Positions 41,136 to 51,581 are shown, counted from the stretch's first letter. The stretch is 64,000 nt of DNA from an uncultured bacterium (GCA_903864835.1 CAIPHK010000010.1:2145-66144), one strand, 5' to 3'. A program made the numbers and translations. Notes: generated by a model not told the origin, from the letters alone.

Positions 41136-42034
41136 AGATACAAAACCCAGGTGACGCCCACCGTCCAGGCCACCAACGTGACTTGCAATACGCCATCATT
41201 CCACAAGATTTTTGTCGGACTTCCTGATCGACGTAAAACCATCGTAATTTGGAGATACCTTAGGATTCCAAACAGGACAAATATCGTAGTGTAAAAAAGA
41301 TTTGCGGACCCCACAAACGCAATCGTATGATCCGAGACTGTATACATTAAATAGGCGACAATAATACCCGACGCTAAAATACTAATCGTAGAATCCAAAA
41401 ATGGAAGCGTGTACCCACCCATCGACCCGCGAATTTCAGAGGACACTCCCGTTTCCAACAGAAGAATATCATCCCGGCGTTTTGCGAACCCCAAAAATAA
41501 AGCCAGTAGAAACGTCATCAATATTATCCACATCGACAGCGGCGTTTTTGCAACAACCGCTCCCAGTTGTAATCGAATAAAAAATCCAAGGGCAATGACA
41601 AAAACATCGACAATTGCAACCTGTTTCAGCCTGAGCGAATACACCATATTGAGGCCAATATATCCCAATACAAGCAACACGGCCGTCTGCCCTAAACATG
41701 CGGTCAAAATCAATGCCGCCCCCAACAAACTAGCGATAACCCCATACGCCCACCGCTTGGACATTGCCCCCGAAGCGATAGGTCGATATCGCTTCGTCGG
41801 ATGCTGTTGATCCGCACGAATATCAATAAGATCATTAAAAATATACACCGCGCTTGCGACCCAACAAAAAATGACAAAGGCCACAGATACCGCAACCAGT
41901 CGATGCAGGTTAAAAAAATGGAGCCCAAAAAATAACGGGAGAAACACAAACACATTTTTAACGTAATGATGTGGCCTCATTGCGGACAGTGTCTGACGCA
42001 CCTTCTTTTTTGTTGAAGTCCATTTATTGTCCAC
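41132..42034 (-). CDS. UbiA-family polyprenyl-phosphate phosphoribosyltransferase (Rv3806c/NoeC-like)
   Basis: RPHHYVKN, YIFNDLID..AD..HPTKRYRPIASG, YSLRLK, AKRR; about nine TM segments. Confidence 0.85.
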   Translation of the reverse strand: MDNKWTSTKKKVRQTLSAMRPHHYVKNVFVFLPLFFGLHFFNLHRLVAVSVAFVIFCWVASAVYIFNDLIDIRADQQHPTKRYRPIASGAMSKRWAYGVIASLLGAALILTACLGQTAVLLVLGYIGLNMVYSLRLKQVAIVDVFVIALGFFIRLQLGAVVAKTPLSMWIILMTFLLALFLGFAKRRDDILLLETGVSSEIRGSMGGYTLPFLDSTISILASGIIVAYLMYTVSDHTIAFVGSANLFYTTIFVLFGILRYLQITMVLRRSGSPTKILWNDGVLQVTLVAWTVGVTWVLYL

Positions 42035-42035
42035 C

Positions 42036-42593
42036 TTAGACCTCTGGTTTTGAATTCAGCTCCGACAGGTACGGCAAATCCCGGTCCTTTCCCGACAATA
42101 TCGGATCTCCTTTTGGGTCTAAATGCCAGTCAATCCCGAGTTCTGGATCACTCCATCGAACACCAGCATCATGTTCCGGAGAATAGACTTCACTACACAA
42201 ATAGACTACCGTCGCGTGATCCGAAACCACATAAAATCCATGCCCCATTTCCGGGCCTAACAAGGCCATTCTGCGATTGTGTTCCGAAAGCTCCACCCCA
42301 ATCCATTGTCGGTAGGTCGGAGACTCCGGATTCAGGTCCACGGCAACATCCCATATAGTTCCACGGGTCACCCGCACCAATTTTGCCTGACCCTTGGGGG
42401 CCTTCTGAAAATGGATCCCTCTCAGCACCCCTTTTTTGGATACACTTTGATTTTCTTGAACAAAGGAGGCGGTCACGCCCGCCTGTTCAAACGCTGATTT
42501 TTGGTATATTTCAAAAAAAATCCCTCTGGAATCGCCATGGACCTTGGGCTCAATAATATGGAGTCCCGTTAAATGAGTGGGTTCAATTTGCAT
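42036..42593 (-). CDS. rfbC: dTDP-4-dehydrorhamnose 3,5-epimerase
   Basis: GDSRGIFFE, FVQENQSVS, VLRGIHFQ, QAKLVRV, DVAVD, GHGF, WSDP, LSGKD. Confidence 0.93.
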   Translation of the reverse strand: MQIEPTHLTGLHIIEPKVHGDSRGIFFEIYQKSAFEQAGVTASFVQENQSVSKKGVLRGIHFQKAPKGQAKLVRVTRGTIWDVAVDLNPESPTYRQWIGVELSEHNRRMALLGPEMGHGFYVVSDHATVVYLCSEVYSPEHDAGVRWSDPELGIDWHLDPKGDPILSGKDRDLPYLSELNSKPEV

Positions 42594-45059
42594 CTACATC
42601 ACCTTTTTCTTTAAAAATTCGACACCTTCACGCTCAAACCCATCTAATAGCGCCTGAGCTTGCTCAATCACCACGTCGGGAATACCTGCCATTTTGGCCA
42701 CATGAATCCCATAACTTTTATCTGCAGTCCCCCGAATAAACCGGTGTGTAAACACCAGTTGACCGTCTATTTCCGAGATTTCCATGGTGTAATTGATAAT
42801 CCCAGAATAGGCCTGCTCCAGCACCGTCAATTCATGATAATGGGTAGCAAATAAGGTTCTCGCATTAATCTGAGTATGGATATATTCACTAATCGCACAG
42901 GCCAAACTCATCCCATCAAACGTCGACGTTCCTCGCCCAATTTCATCCAGAATAATCAAACTATTCGGGGTGGCATTCGCCAAAATTGCAGCTGTTTCTA
43001 ACATCTCCACCATAAACGTGGATTGCCCAAGATATAAATTATCTAACGCGCCAATGCGAGTATACAGGCAATCTACGGGAGACAAACGGAAGGTTTCCGC
43101 CGGTACAAAACATCCAATCTGAGCCATTACTACACTCAAAGCAACCTGCCGCATCAACGTCGATTTTCCTGCCATATTGGGCCCTGTCAGCAAAATAAAC
43201 CGAGCGTTGTCGCCCGCCATTTCAACCGTATTTGAAACAAACGCCGCCCCCATATTTTGTTCCACAATCGGATGGCGACCGTTACGTATTTCCAATACCC
43301 CGACTCCGCTCTCGACAAACTGGGGGCGGACATATCCGTTACGCTGCGACGCCGTCGCTATTGATTGAATACAATCCAATTCCGCAAGGTACCCAGCACA
43401 TTCTTGCAACGCGCCTGTGTAGGCCGAAATTTCCTGAACAATCGTTTGAAACAATTCAAACTCTAACGCATTTTGCCGCTCTTCCCCGTTCAACAAAACG
43501 ATCTCTTTCTCTTTTAAATCGGGGGTAATATACCGCTCCGCATTGGCCAACGTTTGCTTACGAATATAGTGAAGAGGGGCTTTGTCTTTTTGTGAATTTG
43601 GGAGTTCGATATAATATCCAAACACCTTATTAAATCCGACTTTAAGCGACTTAATCCCAGTGGATTCACGCTCAATTTCCTCCAGCCCGCCCACCCAGTC
43701 TCTCACTTCGGCGAACGATGCCTTCAATTGAACCAACTCGGGGCTATAGCCATCTTGGATGACGCCCCCGTCACGCGAAGAAACCGGCGGGGCTTCCACA
43801 ATCGCGGTAGCGATCAATCGAACGATCGTTGAAATCGGTGACGTTTCATGCCGAATTCCAGAAAAATACTGAGCCTGACGTCGAAAAAATCGGCTCTTGA
43901 ACCGATCCAATAGGTCGCCCAATCCACTGAGGGCCCCAAGAGATTCTTTAAGGGCAATACAATCCCTTGGATTATGAGTGCCGGCCGCAATGCGGGCCGT
44001 AAGCCGCTCAATATCATAGACATCGGTCAGCGCTGTACGGATTTCCTCCCGCGTGACGACATCATTCACCAGATCTTCAACCGCATCCAACCGTGCGTCA
44101 ATACGCCGAACATTGCAAATGGGCTCTTGAACCACCTGCTTTAACTTCCGGCCGCCCATCGCCGTCCGCGTATAATTTAGAAGTGAATATAGTGTTGTCT
44201 GCTTCGTTACCGAATCCCGTCCTTGGACCAATTCAAGATTGTGCATCGTCGTTCGATCCATCATCATCCCATCGTCAAATCGATGCGGTTGAAGCGAGAC
44301 AATCTGCGGCATCGCATTTTTTTGAGCATATTTTGCGTATTCTAATATCGCCCATGCTGCCGGAAGGCAATCCAACCAATCCCCGACACCCCAGGCATCG
44401 ACTGACGATAGCTTAAAATGCCCCGCAATCATTGACGCGGCCCGATCCGGATTCAAAAAATCAGATCGATTCACCACTACCCCGTCAGGCAAAGTAAAAT
44501 CCAACGCCGTGGGAATAACCACTTCACGGGACGCCAATCTTGCAATCTGTATGTCCAAATGTACCCGATCAACGACCCTCGCCACTTTAAATTCACCGGT
44601 AGATAGTTCAAGAAATGATATTGAATATCCCTTCTTCAACTGCGCAAACGCCACCAAATAATTGCACTCGTTCTCCCGTAAACCCGATGATGAAATGACC
44701 GTCCCCGGAGTTATAATTTGAACAACATCCCGTTTCGTAATGCCCTTCGAATGAGACGCATCTTCCGTCTGCTCACAAATGGCTACTTTATATCCCCGCC
44801 CCACCAACTTTTGGATATACGATTCCGATGCGTGATGGGGAATCCCACACATGGGAACCCGATTCCCCTCCTTACCTCGCCCGGTTAACGTAAGCTCAAG
44901 TTCCCTAGCCGCCACTTTGGCATCGTCTAAGAACATTTCATAAAAATCGCCCAACCGAAAAAAAAGGATGGCATCCGGAACCCCAGCCTTAATTTCTAAA
45001 TACTGCCGGAGCATAGGCGTATTTAACGCATCATTCATTGATTGAGACGACAGATCCAT
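42594..45059 (-). CDS. mutS: DNA mismatch repair protein MutS
   Basis: TPMLRQY, FFRLGDFYEMF, GPNMAGKST, STFMVEM, LDEIGRGTST, FATHYHEL, SYGIHVA. Confidence 0.98.
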   Translation of the reverse strand: MDLSSQSMNDALNTPMLRQYLEIKAGVPDAILFFRLGDFYEMFLDDAKVAARELELTLTGRGKEGNRVPMCGIPHHASESYIQKLVGRGYKVAICEQTEDASHSKGITKRDVVQIITPGTVISSSGLRENECNYLVAFAQLKKGYSISFLELSTGEFKVARVVDRVHLDIQIARLASREVVIPTALDFTLPDGVVVNRSDFLNPDRAASMIAGHFKLSSVDAWGVGDWLDCLPAAWAILEYAKYAQKNAMPQIVSLQPHRFDDGMMMDRTTMHNLELVQGRDSVTKQTTLYSLLNYTRTAMGGRKLKQVVQEPICNVRRIDARLDAVEDLVNDVVTREEIRTALTDVYDIERLTARIAAGTHNPRDCIALKESLGALSGLGDLLDRFKSRFFRRQAQYFSGIRHETSPISTIVRLIATAIVEAPPVSSRDGGVIQDGYSPELVQLKASFAEVRDWVGGLEEIERESTGIKSLKVGFNKVFGYYIELPNSQKDKAPLHYIRKQTLANAERYITPDLKEKEIVLLNGEERQNALEFELFQTIVQEISAYTGALQECAGYLAELDCIQSIATASQRNGYVRPQFVESGVGVLEIRNGRHPIVEQNMGAAFVSNTVEMAGDNARFILLTGPNMAGKSTLMRQVALSVVMAQIGCFVPAETFRLSPVDCLYTRIGALDNLYLGQSTFMVEMLETAAILANATPNSLIILDEIGRGTSTFDGMSLACAISEYIHTQINARTLFATHYHELTVLEQAYSGIINYTMEISEIDGQLVFTHRFIRGTADKSYGIHVAKMAGIPDVVIEQAQALLDGFEREGVEFLKKKVM

Positions 45060-45063
45060 CAGA

Positions 45064-47457
45064 CTATCGAATCGAAATAGGCAAGGACTCTGTCAACTTT
45101 CGGCAAAATTCTTCGTGGGCAAGATTAACCTCATCGTCAGATAAAGTTCGTTCAATATTCTGATACACAAATCCAAACGCCAAACTCTTGTTATCCGCCC
45201 CAATTTTATCGGACTCAAAATGATCAAATAAAAAATATTGCGCCACTGCTTCGGGCAAAAACTCGCCTATTTTAGATTCAATTTCCTGGTACCCCAACGT
45301 TCGTGGCGCCAATATCGCAAGGTCCCGCCGAGTATGCGGATATCGACCAAATGAATTAAATTCCATAGGGATCGTCGGCTCCCCTGAAATACCCGACAAA
45401 TTTAAGCCGATGTACCCCACAGGTTGGCGAATATCATAGTTCTCCAAAATATCGGGATGAAAAAATCCAAAATTGCCAATAGTAGTTGCGCCAATTCGAA
45501 TATCCGCACTTAAATGAGGATGGTATTGAGGATACGACGACTTTGCATACGAAACGCCGGCCACTCGCAATTGACTCAAAAGTTCTTCAACTTGCCCCTT
45601 GAGATGAAAAAATGACGGCTGACCCTGGACTTTTTCAACCTCCGAATACGGTGAAACAAACCGATTTCCGGTGCAAATGACACCGCACACCAAGTGCTCG
45701 CGAATTTCTCCTTGTTGGGCAAGGTAAAATACTTTTCCCACCTCAAACAATTGAAGATCGGTATTTTGCCGTTTTAAGTTATAGGACACCGTCCGAAGTA
45801 ACGACGACATCAAGTATCGACGGAGCACCGATTCAGACGGGGTTAACGGATTCTGTATTTGAAGCCAGTCTGACGGCATCGGCACCTTCGTTGCCCTAAA
45901 ATCGTCCGGCGACACCATCGTAAACGTCTGCACCTGTTGAAACCCTTGATTCACCCAAAATGTCTCTGTCACCGTTGCAATTTTTGACAAATTAGACGGC
46001 TTTTCTTGAGCGACCATCCGAAAATCAAGGATCTCTGGAATCGGATCGTACCCTTTAATTCGCGCAATCTCTTCGGCCAAACACGGCCATTCCTTAATAT
46101 CATGTCGCCGCCAACTGGGCACCCGGGCGGAAGTTTCAGCTACCCCAAATCCCAATTGAGCCAACACATGTTCCATCTCAGCCCGAGTATAGGCGGTCCC
46201 TAATAATCGGTTAATTTTTTCCGAATTAAATTCAACATCTCTCTCAGATAAAATCGAATGGGTTAAATCGATATGTTCAACCGGAGCACCGACAATACGT
46301 GCCCCAGCCAGTTCTTGGAGAAGATGGAGGGCACGACGAAGTGCAAACTGAACGCCCATCGGGTCAACGCCTTTTTCAAACCGAATCGCACTCTCCGTTC
46401 GAAGCCCCAATTCAGACTTTGCTTTCCTCACCCGAGTCGGAGAAAAATAGGCCGCCTCCAGGAACAACTCCGTCGTCTTTTCTGCAATAGAACCCCGTTG
46501 CCCACCCATAATGCCCGCAATTGCAACAATCGACAGGCCATCCCGAACAACAGGAATCCGCACCGTTAACTCCCGAACTTCGTCATCTAACGTTTGCGTC
46601 ATTTCGCCCGCGCTCGCGCTTCCAACAGTGATTGTTGTTCCAGATAATTCATTTTTATCAAATGCATGGAGTGGATGCCCCGTCTCAAGCATCACGTAAT
46701 TCGTAATGTCCACAATTCGGTCGATCGACCGAATACCGGCCAAGGCGAGCCGCCGTCGCATTTTTAGAGGTGCGATCCCATTCGTCACGTGATCGACCTG
46801 TTGTCCAAAATAAATCGGACAAACCTCTGGATCAGTAACCGCAATCTGCCATTTTTCAATCGCTTCTGTGATTGAATAGTCTGTTGACGGCAGCTTTAGC
46901 GGTCGATTCAAAATGACACTAATTTCCCTCGCCAACCCCAATATACTTTGACAGTCCCCGCGATTGGGAAGGATCGCAACATCCAATATCGTCTCTTTAA
47001 GTAGCCCGCTCTCCACAAAATCAAGACCGAGCGGTGTCCCCGGTTCTAAAATCCAAATACCGGACGCCGTGTCCGCAACGCCCAATTCGGTTTCGGAACA
47101 CAACATCCCGTTTGAAGGGATGCCCCTCAATTGACTCGGTTTAATCTTCAACCCACTCGCAAGAATCGCTCCGGGTAGGCTCACCGGCACGATATCCCCA
47201 ACCGAAATATTTTGTGCGCCGGTCACAATTTGATGCGTCACTTCGCCGTCAAAAATTTGGGTTACCTGAAGGCGATCGGCATTGGGGTGCTTGGAAATTG
47301 AGTCAATGCGCCCCGTCACAATATTGCATAGTGATTCCCCCACAGTAATCACTTCTTCAACCTCAAACCCAGAACGGTTTAATCGGCTCGCCAAATCAGA
47401 GGGGTCAATCCCGGTAAGGTCAACGTAGTCCGCGATCCATGATAAAGGGAATTTCAT
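45064..47457 (-). CDS. pheT: Phenylalanine--tRNA ligase beta subunit
   Basis: HPNADRL, SNGMLCS, PNRGDC, VDITNYV, HPLHAFD, RFEKGVD, LFEVG, RTLSDDEV. Confidence 0.97.
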   Translation of the reverse strand: MKFPLSWIADYVDLTGIDPSDLASRLNRSGFEVEEVITVGESLCNIVTGRIDSISKHPNADRLQVTQIFDGEVTHQIVTGAQNISVGDIVPVSLPGAILASGLKIKPSQLRGIPSNGMLCSETELGVADTASGIWILEPGTPLGLDFVESGLLKETILDVAILPNRGDCQSILGLAREISVILNRPLKLPSTDYSITEAIEKWQIAVTDPEVCPIYFGQQVDHVTNGIAPLKMRRRLALAGIRSIDRIVDITNYVMLETGHPLHAFDKNELSGTTITVGSASAGEMTQTLDDEVRELTVRIPVVRDGLSIVAIAGIMGGQRGSIAEKTTELFLEAAYFSPTRVRKAKSELGLRTESAIRFEKGVDPMGVQFALRRALHLLQELAGARIVGAPVEHIDLTHSILSERDVEFNSEKINRLLGTAYTRAEMEHVLAQLGFGVAETSARVPSWRRHDIKEWPCLAEEIARIKGYDPIPEILDFRMVAQEKPSNLSKIATVTETFWVNQGFQQVQTFTMVSPDDFRATKVPMPSDWLQIQNPLTPSESVLRRYLMSSLLRTVSYNLKRQNTDLQLFEVGKVFYLAQQGEIREHLVCGVICTGNRFVSPYSEVEKVQGQPSFFHLKGQVEELLSQLRVAGVSYAKSSYPQYHPHLSADIRIGATTIGNFGFFHPDILENYDIRQPVGYIGLNLSGISGEPTIPMEFNSFGRYPHTRRDLAILAPRTLGYQEIESKIGEFLPEAVAQYFLFDHFESDKIGADNKSLAFGFVYQNIERTLSDDEVNLAHEEFCRKLTESLPISIR

Positions 47458-47485
47458 TGGGTGTGATCCTTCATTTTACATTCAC

Positions 47486-48505
47486 TCAAAATTGACTCAA
47501 AAACCGAAGGTCATTCTCGTATAGGAGTCGAATATCCGAGATCTTATATTTCAACATCGCCAGTCGTTCGATTCCAATCCCAAACGCAAATCCAGTCACC
47601 TGATCGGGATCATAGCCCACACTCTCAAACACTTTTCGATTGACCATACCTGCCCCTAAAATTTCGAGCCATCCGCTATATTTACACGACGCACAGCCCG
47701 CACCGTCACACCGCCCACATTGAACATCGACTTCAGTTGAGGGTTCCGTAAACGGAAAATAACTCGGTCTAAACCGCACATCCCGCTCGTGGCCAAAAAA
47801 TTCTCTCAAAAAATAGGTCAATGTGCCTTTAAGTTGTGCAAATGAGACCGACTCATCGACATACAGACCTTCAACCTGATGAAACATTGGCGAATGGGTA
47901 ATATCCATATCGCACCGATACACGTTCCCCGGAACGATTATTTTTATTGGAGGCCGTTGCGTTTCCATCGTTCGAATTTGCACAGGGGATGTGTGGGTAC
48001 GCAGCAATTGACCCATTTTGAGATAAAACGTGTCATGCATGTCCCTCGCAGGGTGATCCGACGGAATATTGAGAGACTCAAAATTATAGTGCTCCGTCTC
48101 AACATCCGGACCTTCCTTAACGCTAAACCCCAGTCGACCAAAAATCTCCTGAACTTCCCTCATCACCCGTTGGACCGGATGGAGTCGCCCGGTATGGCGT
48201 CGAAACGACGGCAAGTGAATATCAACGCGATCACGGTCTAGCCGAGCTTGAGTCTCTGTCGCAGCGAATTCCTCGGCCTTTAACGTCAACTGGTCCGACA
48301 ACTCCGTTTTGAATTGATTCGCCAATTGGCCAATTCGGGGGCGCTCAGAGGAGTCAACCGCCGCAAGACCCTTGAGAATGTCAGTCAACGCGCCCTTCTT
48401 ACCCAGGTATTTAACCCGCAACAGCTCAACATCCTGGACACCTGTTGCCTGAGCCAACTCAGCGTCCGCGCTATCTTTGAGCTCTTTTAACTGCCCTTCA
48501 ATCAT
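47486..48505 (-). CDS. pheS: Phenylalanine--tRNA ligase alpha subunit
   Basis: YLGKKG, HPARDMHDTFY, RTHTSPVQ, THSPMFHQVEG, FRPSYFPFTEPS, GFAFGIGIER. Confidence 0.99.
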   Translation of the reverse strand: MIEGQLKELKDSADAELAQATGVQDVELLRVKYLGKKGALTDILKGLAAVDSSERPRIGQLANQFKTELSDQLTLKAEEFAATETQARLDRDRVDIHLPSFRRHTGRLHPVQRVMREVQEIFGRLGFSVKEGPDVETEHYNFESLNIPSDHPARDMHDTFYLKMGQLLRTHTSPVQIRTMETQRPPIKIIVPGNVYRCDMDITHSPMFHQVEGLYVDESVSFAQLKGTLTYFLREFFGHERDVRFRPSYFPFTEPSTEVDVQCGRCDGAGCASCKYSGWLEILGAGMVNRKVFESVGYDPDQVTGFAFGIGIERLAMLKYKISDIRLLYENDLRFLSQF

Positions 48506-49710
48506 GACTGGCTACAAAATTGCTCATAGGCCACATTCAGGTCAGAGCGATTCACCCAATCAAGAACATAGTTAGAAAATTCACCCGCCGTCGCCCCATC
48601 ATTTCGACCCGTCACTTTAACTTTTCGCTCAAATTGAACACAAATCTCAAGTGCCTTTTCAATACGCTCCGCCGCGTCGGAAAATCCAATATGACGAGCC
48701 AACATTGCGACGGCCTTAATCATTGACGATGGATCCGCGTATTGCGCGCGCCCCTCACTAACCATTCGAGGTGCCGATCCATGAATCGCTTCAAACATCG
48801 ACCATCGGCCACCCACGTTCGCGCTACCCGCTGTCCCAACCCCACCCTGAATTTGCGCCGCTTCGTCGGTAATAATGTCCCCATATAAATTTGGCATTAC
48901 CATCACTTCAAACTGGTTCCGACGTTCAGGATCCAGCAATTTTGCCGTCATAATGTCGATATACCATTCGTCACACGTAATACCCAATGCAGAATATTCA
49001 GACGCCACCCGCTTTGCAACCGACGAAAATCGACCATCCGTGGTTTTGATCACATTGGACTTGGTCACCACAGTGACCCTCTTTTTGTTATTTTTTTTCG
49101 CAAACTCAAACGCTAAACGGATAATACGTTCGGATCCTTGCTCAGTGGTGACTTTAAAATCAACGCTCAGATCATCTGAAACATCAAACCCTTGAGATCC
49201 AAGGACGTATTCACCCTCGGTATTTTCCCTAAAAAATGTCCAATCGATTCCTTCTTTTGCCACTTTGACCGGGCGGACATTGCCGAACAAATCTAATTCT
49301 CGCCGCATCGCAACATTCGCACTTTCAATATTCGGCCAACTGTCCCCTTTTTGGGGCGTCGTTGTCGGTCCCTTAAGAATGACGTGACAGGTCTTGAGAG
49401 CACTTAAAACGTCATCAGGGATCGCCTTGTTTTCTTTGACCCTATTTTCAATCGTTAACCCGTCAATGTGCTTAAACTGAACTCGCCCTGACGTCACTTC
49501 GTGCGCCAATACCGCTTCTAAAATACGCTGTGATTCTGCACAAATAGTGGGTCCAATACCGTCCCCGCCACATACCCCAATTACAATTGAGTCGAGCAAC
49601 GCAAAATCAGTCCATTGGACTCCGTCCTTCATTGCTTCAACGCGCTGAAGCTGATTCGCAATAATCGCCTTAAATTTTTCTACTGCTACCGCAATTTGTA
49701 GTTCTGACAT
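48502..49710 (-). CDS. Isocitrate/isopropylmalate dehydrogenase family protein, most like isocitrate dehydrogenase
   Basis: GDGIGP, LKGPTTTP, SANVAMRRELDL, RENTEGEY, KSNVIK, PNLYGDIITD, FEAIHGSAP; start moved to ATG 49710. Confidence 0.85.
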   Translation of the reverse strand: MSELQIAVAVEKFKAIIANQLQRVEAMKDGVQWTDFALLDSIVIGVCGGDGIGPTICAESQRILEAVLAHEVTSGRVQFKHIDGLTIENRVKENKAIPDDVLSALKTCHVILKGPTTTPQKGDSWPNIESANVAMRRELDLFGNVRPVKVAKEGIDWTFFRENTEGEYVLGSQGFDVSDDLSVDFKVTTEQGSERIIRLAFEFAKKNNKKRVTVVTKSNVIKTTDGRFSSVAKRVASEYSALGITCDEWYIDIMTAKLLDPERRNQFEVMVMPNLYGDIITDEAAQIQGGVGTAGSANVGGRWSMFEAIHGSAPRMVSEGRAQYADPSSMIKAVAMLARHIGFSDAAERIEKALEICVQFERKVKVTGRNDGATAGEFSNYVLDWVNRSDLNVAYEQFCSQS

Positions 49711-49856
49711 CGCTAGCCACCGCCTCAAAGAAGTAAATGAAACATCGAGGCGCCATTGTAGTTGAGACGCAATAAATTGTGTAGCAACCGACCGAAATGA
49801 GTAAAAAAAACGCCTGCTTGTTCGAGCTGTGCCTTTTGGTTATTATATCGAACAAA

Positions 49857-50141
49857 ATGTCTATTCCGAAAATCAATGGCCCACGAATTCCGGACCGAGA
49901 TCCCGACATTAATGCCTCATCAGCAGCGTCGGCTAGCGAAGCCGTTTTTGAAGTTAAGAAAAAACGAATCAAGGTCAAGCGGGAAAAAATAGCCGGAGTG
50001 GCAAAAGGCTTGGCCGAGATTGCATTCTCAATGGGCCAAACCAATGACGTCGATACGTTTACGGAACAATTAACCGACGATATTTTGGCCGCATTTCAGC
50101 TTGTTGCAAAGCGGCAAAAGGATAGCAAAAAACACGCCTAG
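49857..50141 (+). CDS. Hypothetical protein (94 aa)
   Basis: The only substantial ORF in the gap; no recognisable motif; start uncertain. Confidence 0.5.
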   Translation: MSIPKINGPRIPDRDPDINASSAASASEAVFEVKKKRIKVKREKIAGVAKGLAEIAFSMGQTNDVDTFTEQLTDDILAAFQLVAKRQKDSKKHA

Positions 50142-50280
50142 CTCAATCAATGTTTCAGTGGCGTCAAATACGGGAATTCACTCCTTAACCATAAATTTAC
50201 GGAGGGTCTCCAATGATATTTGATTGTTCCATCGGCAGCGAAATTTACGAAGCGTATCCTGAACTCAGAGATTCCGTATA

Positions 50281-50817
50281 CTACTTTGATTCCGAACTTG
50301 TTTTTTGATGTTCTTGCGCTAAACGAACATATTTAGTGGCCCACCCAATATTTTGAGAAACCGTATCCAAGGGTAAAGTTCTCACAATTTTCCCAGGAAT
50401 TCCGACGACTAATGAGTATGGGGGAATCTGCGCCCCCTCTTTGATTACCGCACCGGCACCAATAATCGATCCCGTTCCGACGACGGCCCCATTCAATACG
50501 ATGGCGCCCATCCCCACTACAACCGCGTCTTCAATAGTGCATCCATGCAATATGGCGCCATGCCCCACAGTCACATGATCTCCCACATAACAGCCCATCT
50601 CATTTTCAAGATGCATAATGGCACCGTCTTGAATATTTGAAGCAGTTCCAATCACAATTCGATTGATATCTGCACGCAAGACTGCGTTGTACCAAACGGA
50701 GCTATCCTTGCCTATCGTAATATTGCCGATTAAGCGTGCGCCTGGCGCAACAAAAACACTGGGATCAAGCACTGGCAATTCCAACTTAAACCCACTAGGA
50801 AAATCAGTTTTAGCCAT
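50281..50817 (-). CDS. Gamma-carbonic anhydrase family (left-handed beta-helix) protein
   Basis: SSVWYNAVLRAD, SNIQDG..H, TVGHGAILHGC, hexapeptide repeats, GIPGK. Confidence 0.9.
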   Translation of the reverse strand: MAKTDFPSGFKLELPVLDPSVFVAPGARLIGNITIGKDSSVWYNAVLRADINRIVIGTASNIQDGAIMHLENEMGCYVGDHVTVGHGAILHGCTIEDAVVVGMGAIVLNGAVVGTGSIIGAGAVIKEGAQIPPYSLVVGIPGKIVRTLPLDTVSQNIGWATKYVRLAQEHQKTSSESK

Positions 50818-50838
50818 ATAAATACCTTTCACTACGAC

Positions 50839-50870
50839 AAAAAAAAGGCCAGCATAGTCATGCTGGACTT
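50839..50870 (-). terminator. Rho-independent terminator of the secreted-protein gene
   Basis: Minus strand CCAGCAT-gact-ATGCTGG stem followed by a T8 run. Confidence 0.75.
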
Positions 50871-50892
50871 TAAAAAATAAGTTAAGTTAAAA

Positions 50893-51363
50893 CTAGATTT
50901 TTACGTTCAACGCAATAACCGGAGTTACCGTTGATAAAATGGAAACATTTTTCCCACTAAAATCAACACTCAAAAGAGTGGCTGAGATACCAATTTCAAC
51001 CTTATCGGTCAATTTTGCGTAATATTTCTTGCTGATCATTAAATTGTTACCAAACCATGCATCACCAAGTTCCGTTTTTCCAAAATCCGTTGTGATTTCG
51101 AAATTAGAAAGAACGGGAAGGTCTGTATCCACGGTCAAACCAACCGTACCAGAAAAAGATAAACCACTATCTGTATCTGAAGTCGCAGGAATACCCATTT
51201 GCGCACCTAGGATTAATTGAGACGCTCCCAATCCAACATTGTGATACGTTTGAACAGTTGCACCGGTTGAACCAGTGATGGCAGTTGATAGACGTGTATC
51301 ATAGGCGGACGCTGAAGTAGCGAGTCCTACAGTTAAAAGACCAGCTAGAATTACTTTTTTCAT
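50893..51363 (-). CDS. Secreted beta-strand-rich protein, possible small outer-membrane beta-barrel
   Basis: Sec signal peptide MKKVILAGLLTVGLATSASA/YD, alternating hydrophobic strands, C-terminal PVIALNVKI, strong AAGGAGAG SD, own terminator. Confidence 0.7.
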   Translation of the reverse strand: MKKVILAGLLTVGLATSASAYDTRLSTAITGSTGATVQTYHNVGLGASQLILGAQMGIPATSDTDSGLSFSGTVGLTVDTDLPVLSNFEITTDFGKTELGDAWFGNNLMISKKYYAKLTDKVEIGISATLLSVDFSGKNVSILSTVTPVIALNVKI

Positions 51364-51448
51364 TATCTTTCTCCTTAAATATCGAGACATATAAAATTTT
51401 GGGATCGATTAACTTTACCATGGTCGCGGAATCCGAAGCAATATTCAG

Positions 51449-51462
51449 CCCCCCCCCCCCCC
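51449..51462. repeat. C14/G14 homopolymer tract in a divergent promoter region
   Basis: 14 consecutive C on the + strand. Confidence 0.9.
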
Positions 51463-51581
51463 TTCAAACCAACATTATCCATGTCCTTTTTTTCGATGCA
51501 ATTTACGCGACTAATTAGTCGATTCTTCAAGTCATACAGAGTTGGCCAACCCAACACTATTATTAACAGAGGTGGACATAC

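Noticed and set aside
50168-50279. MITE-like element: ATACGGGAAT/ATTCCGTAT ends and a repeated AAATTTACG
   Set aside because: The repeats are short and imperfect, with no target-site duplication and no second copy seen in the window.
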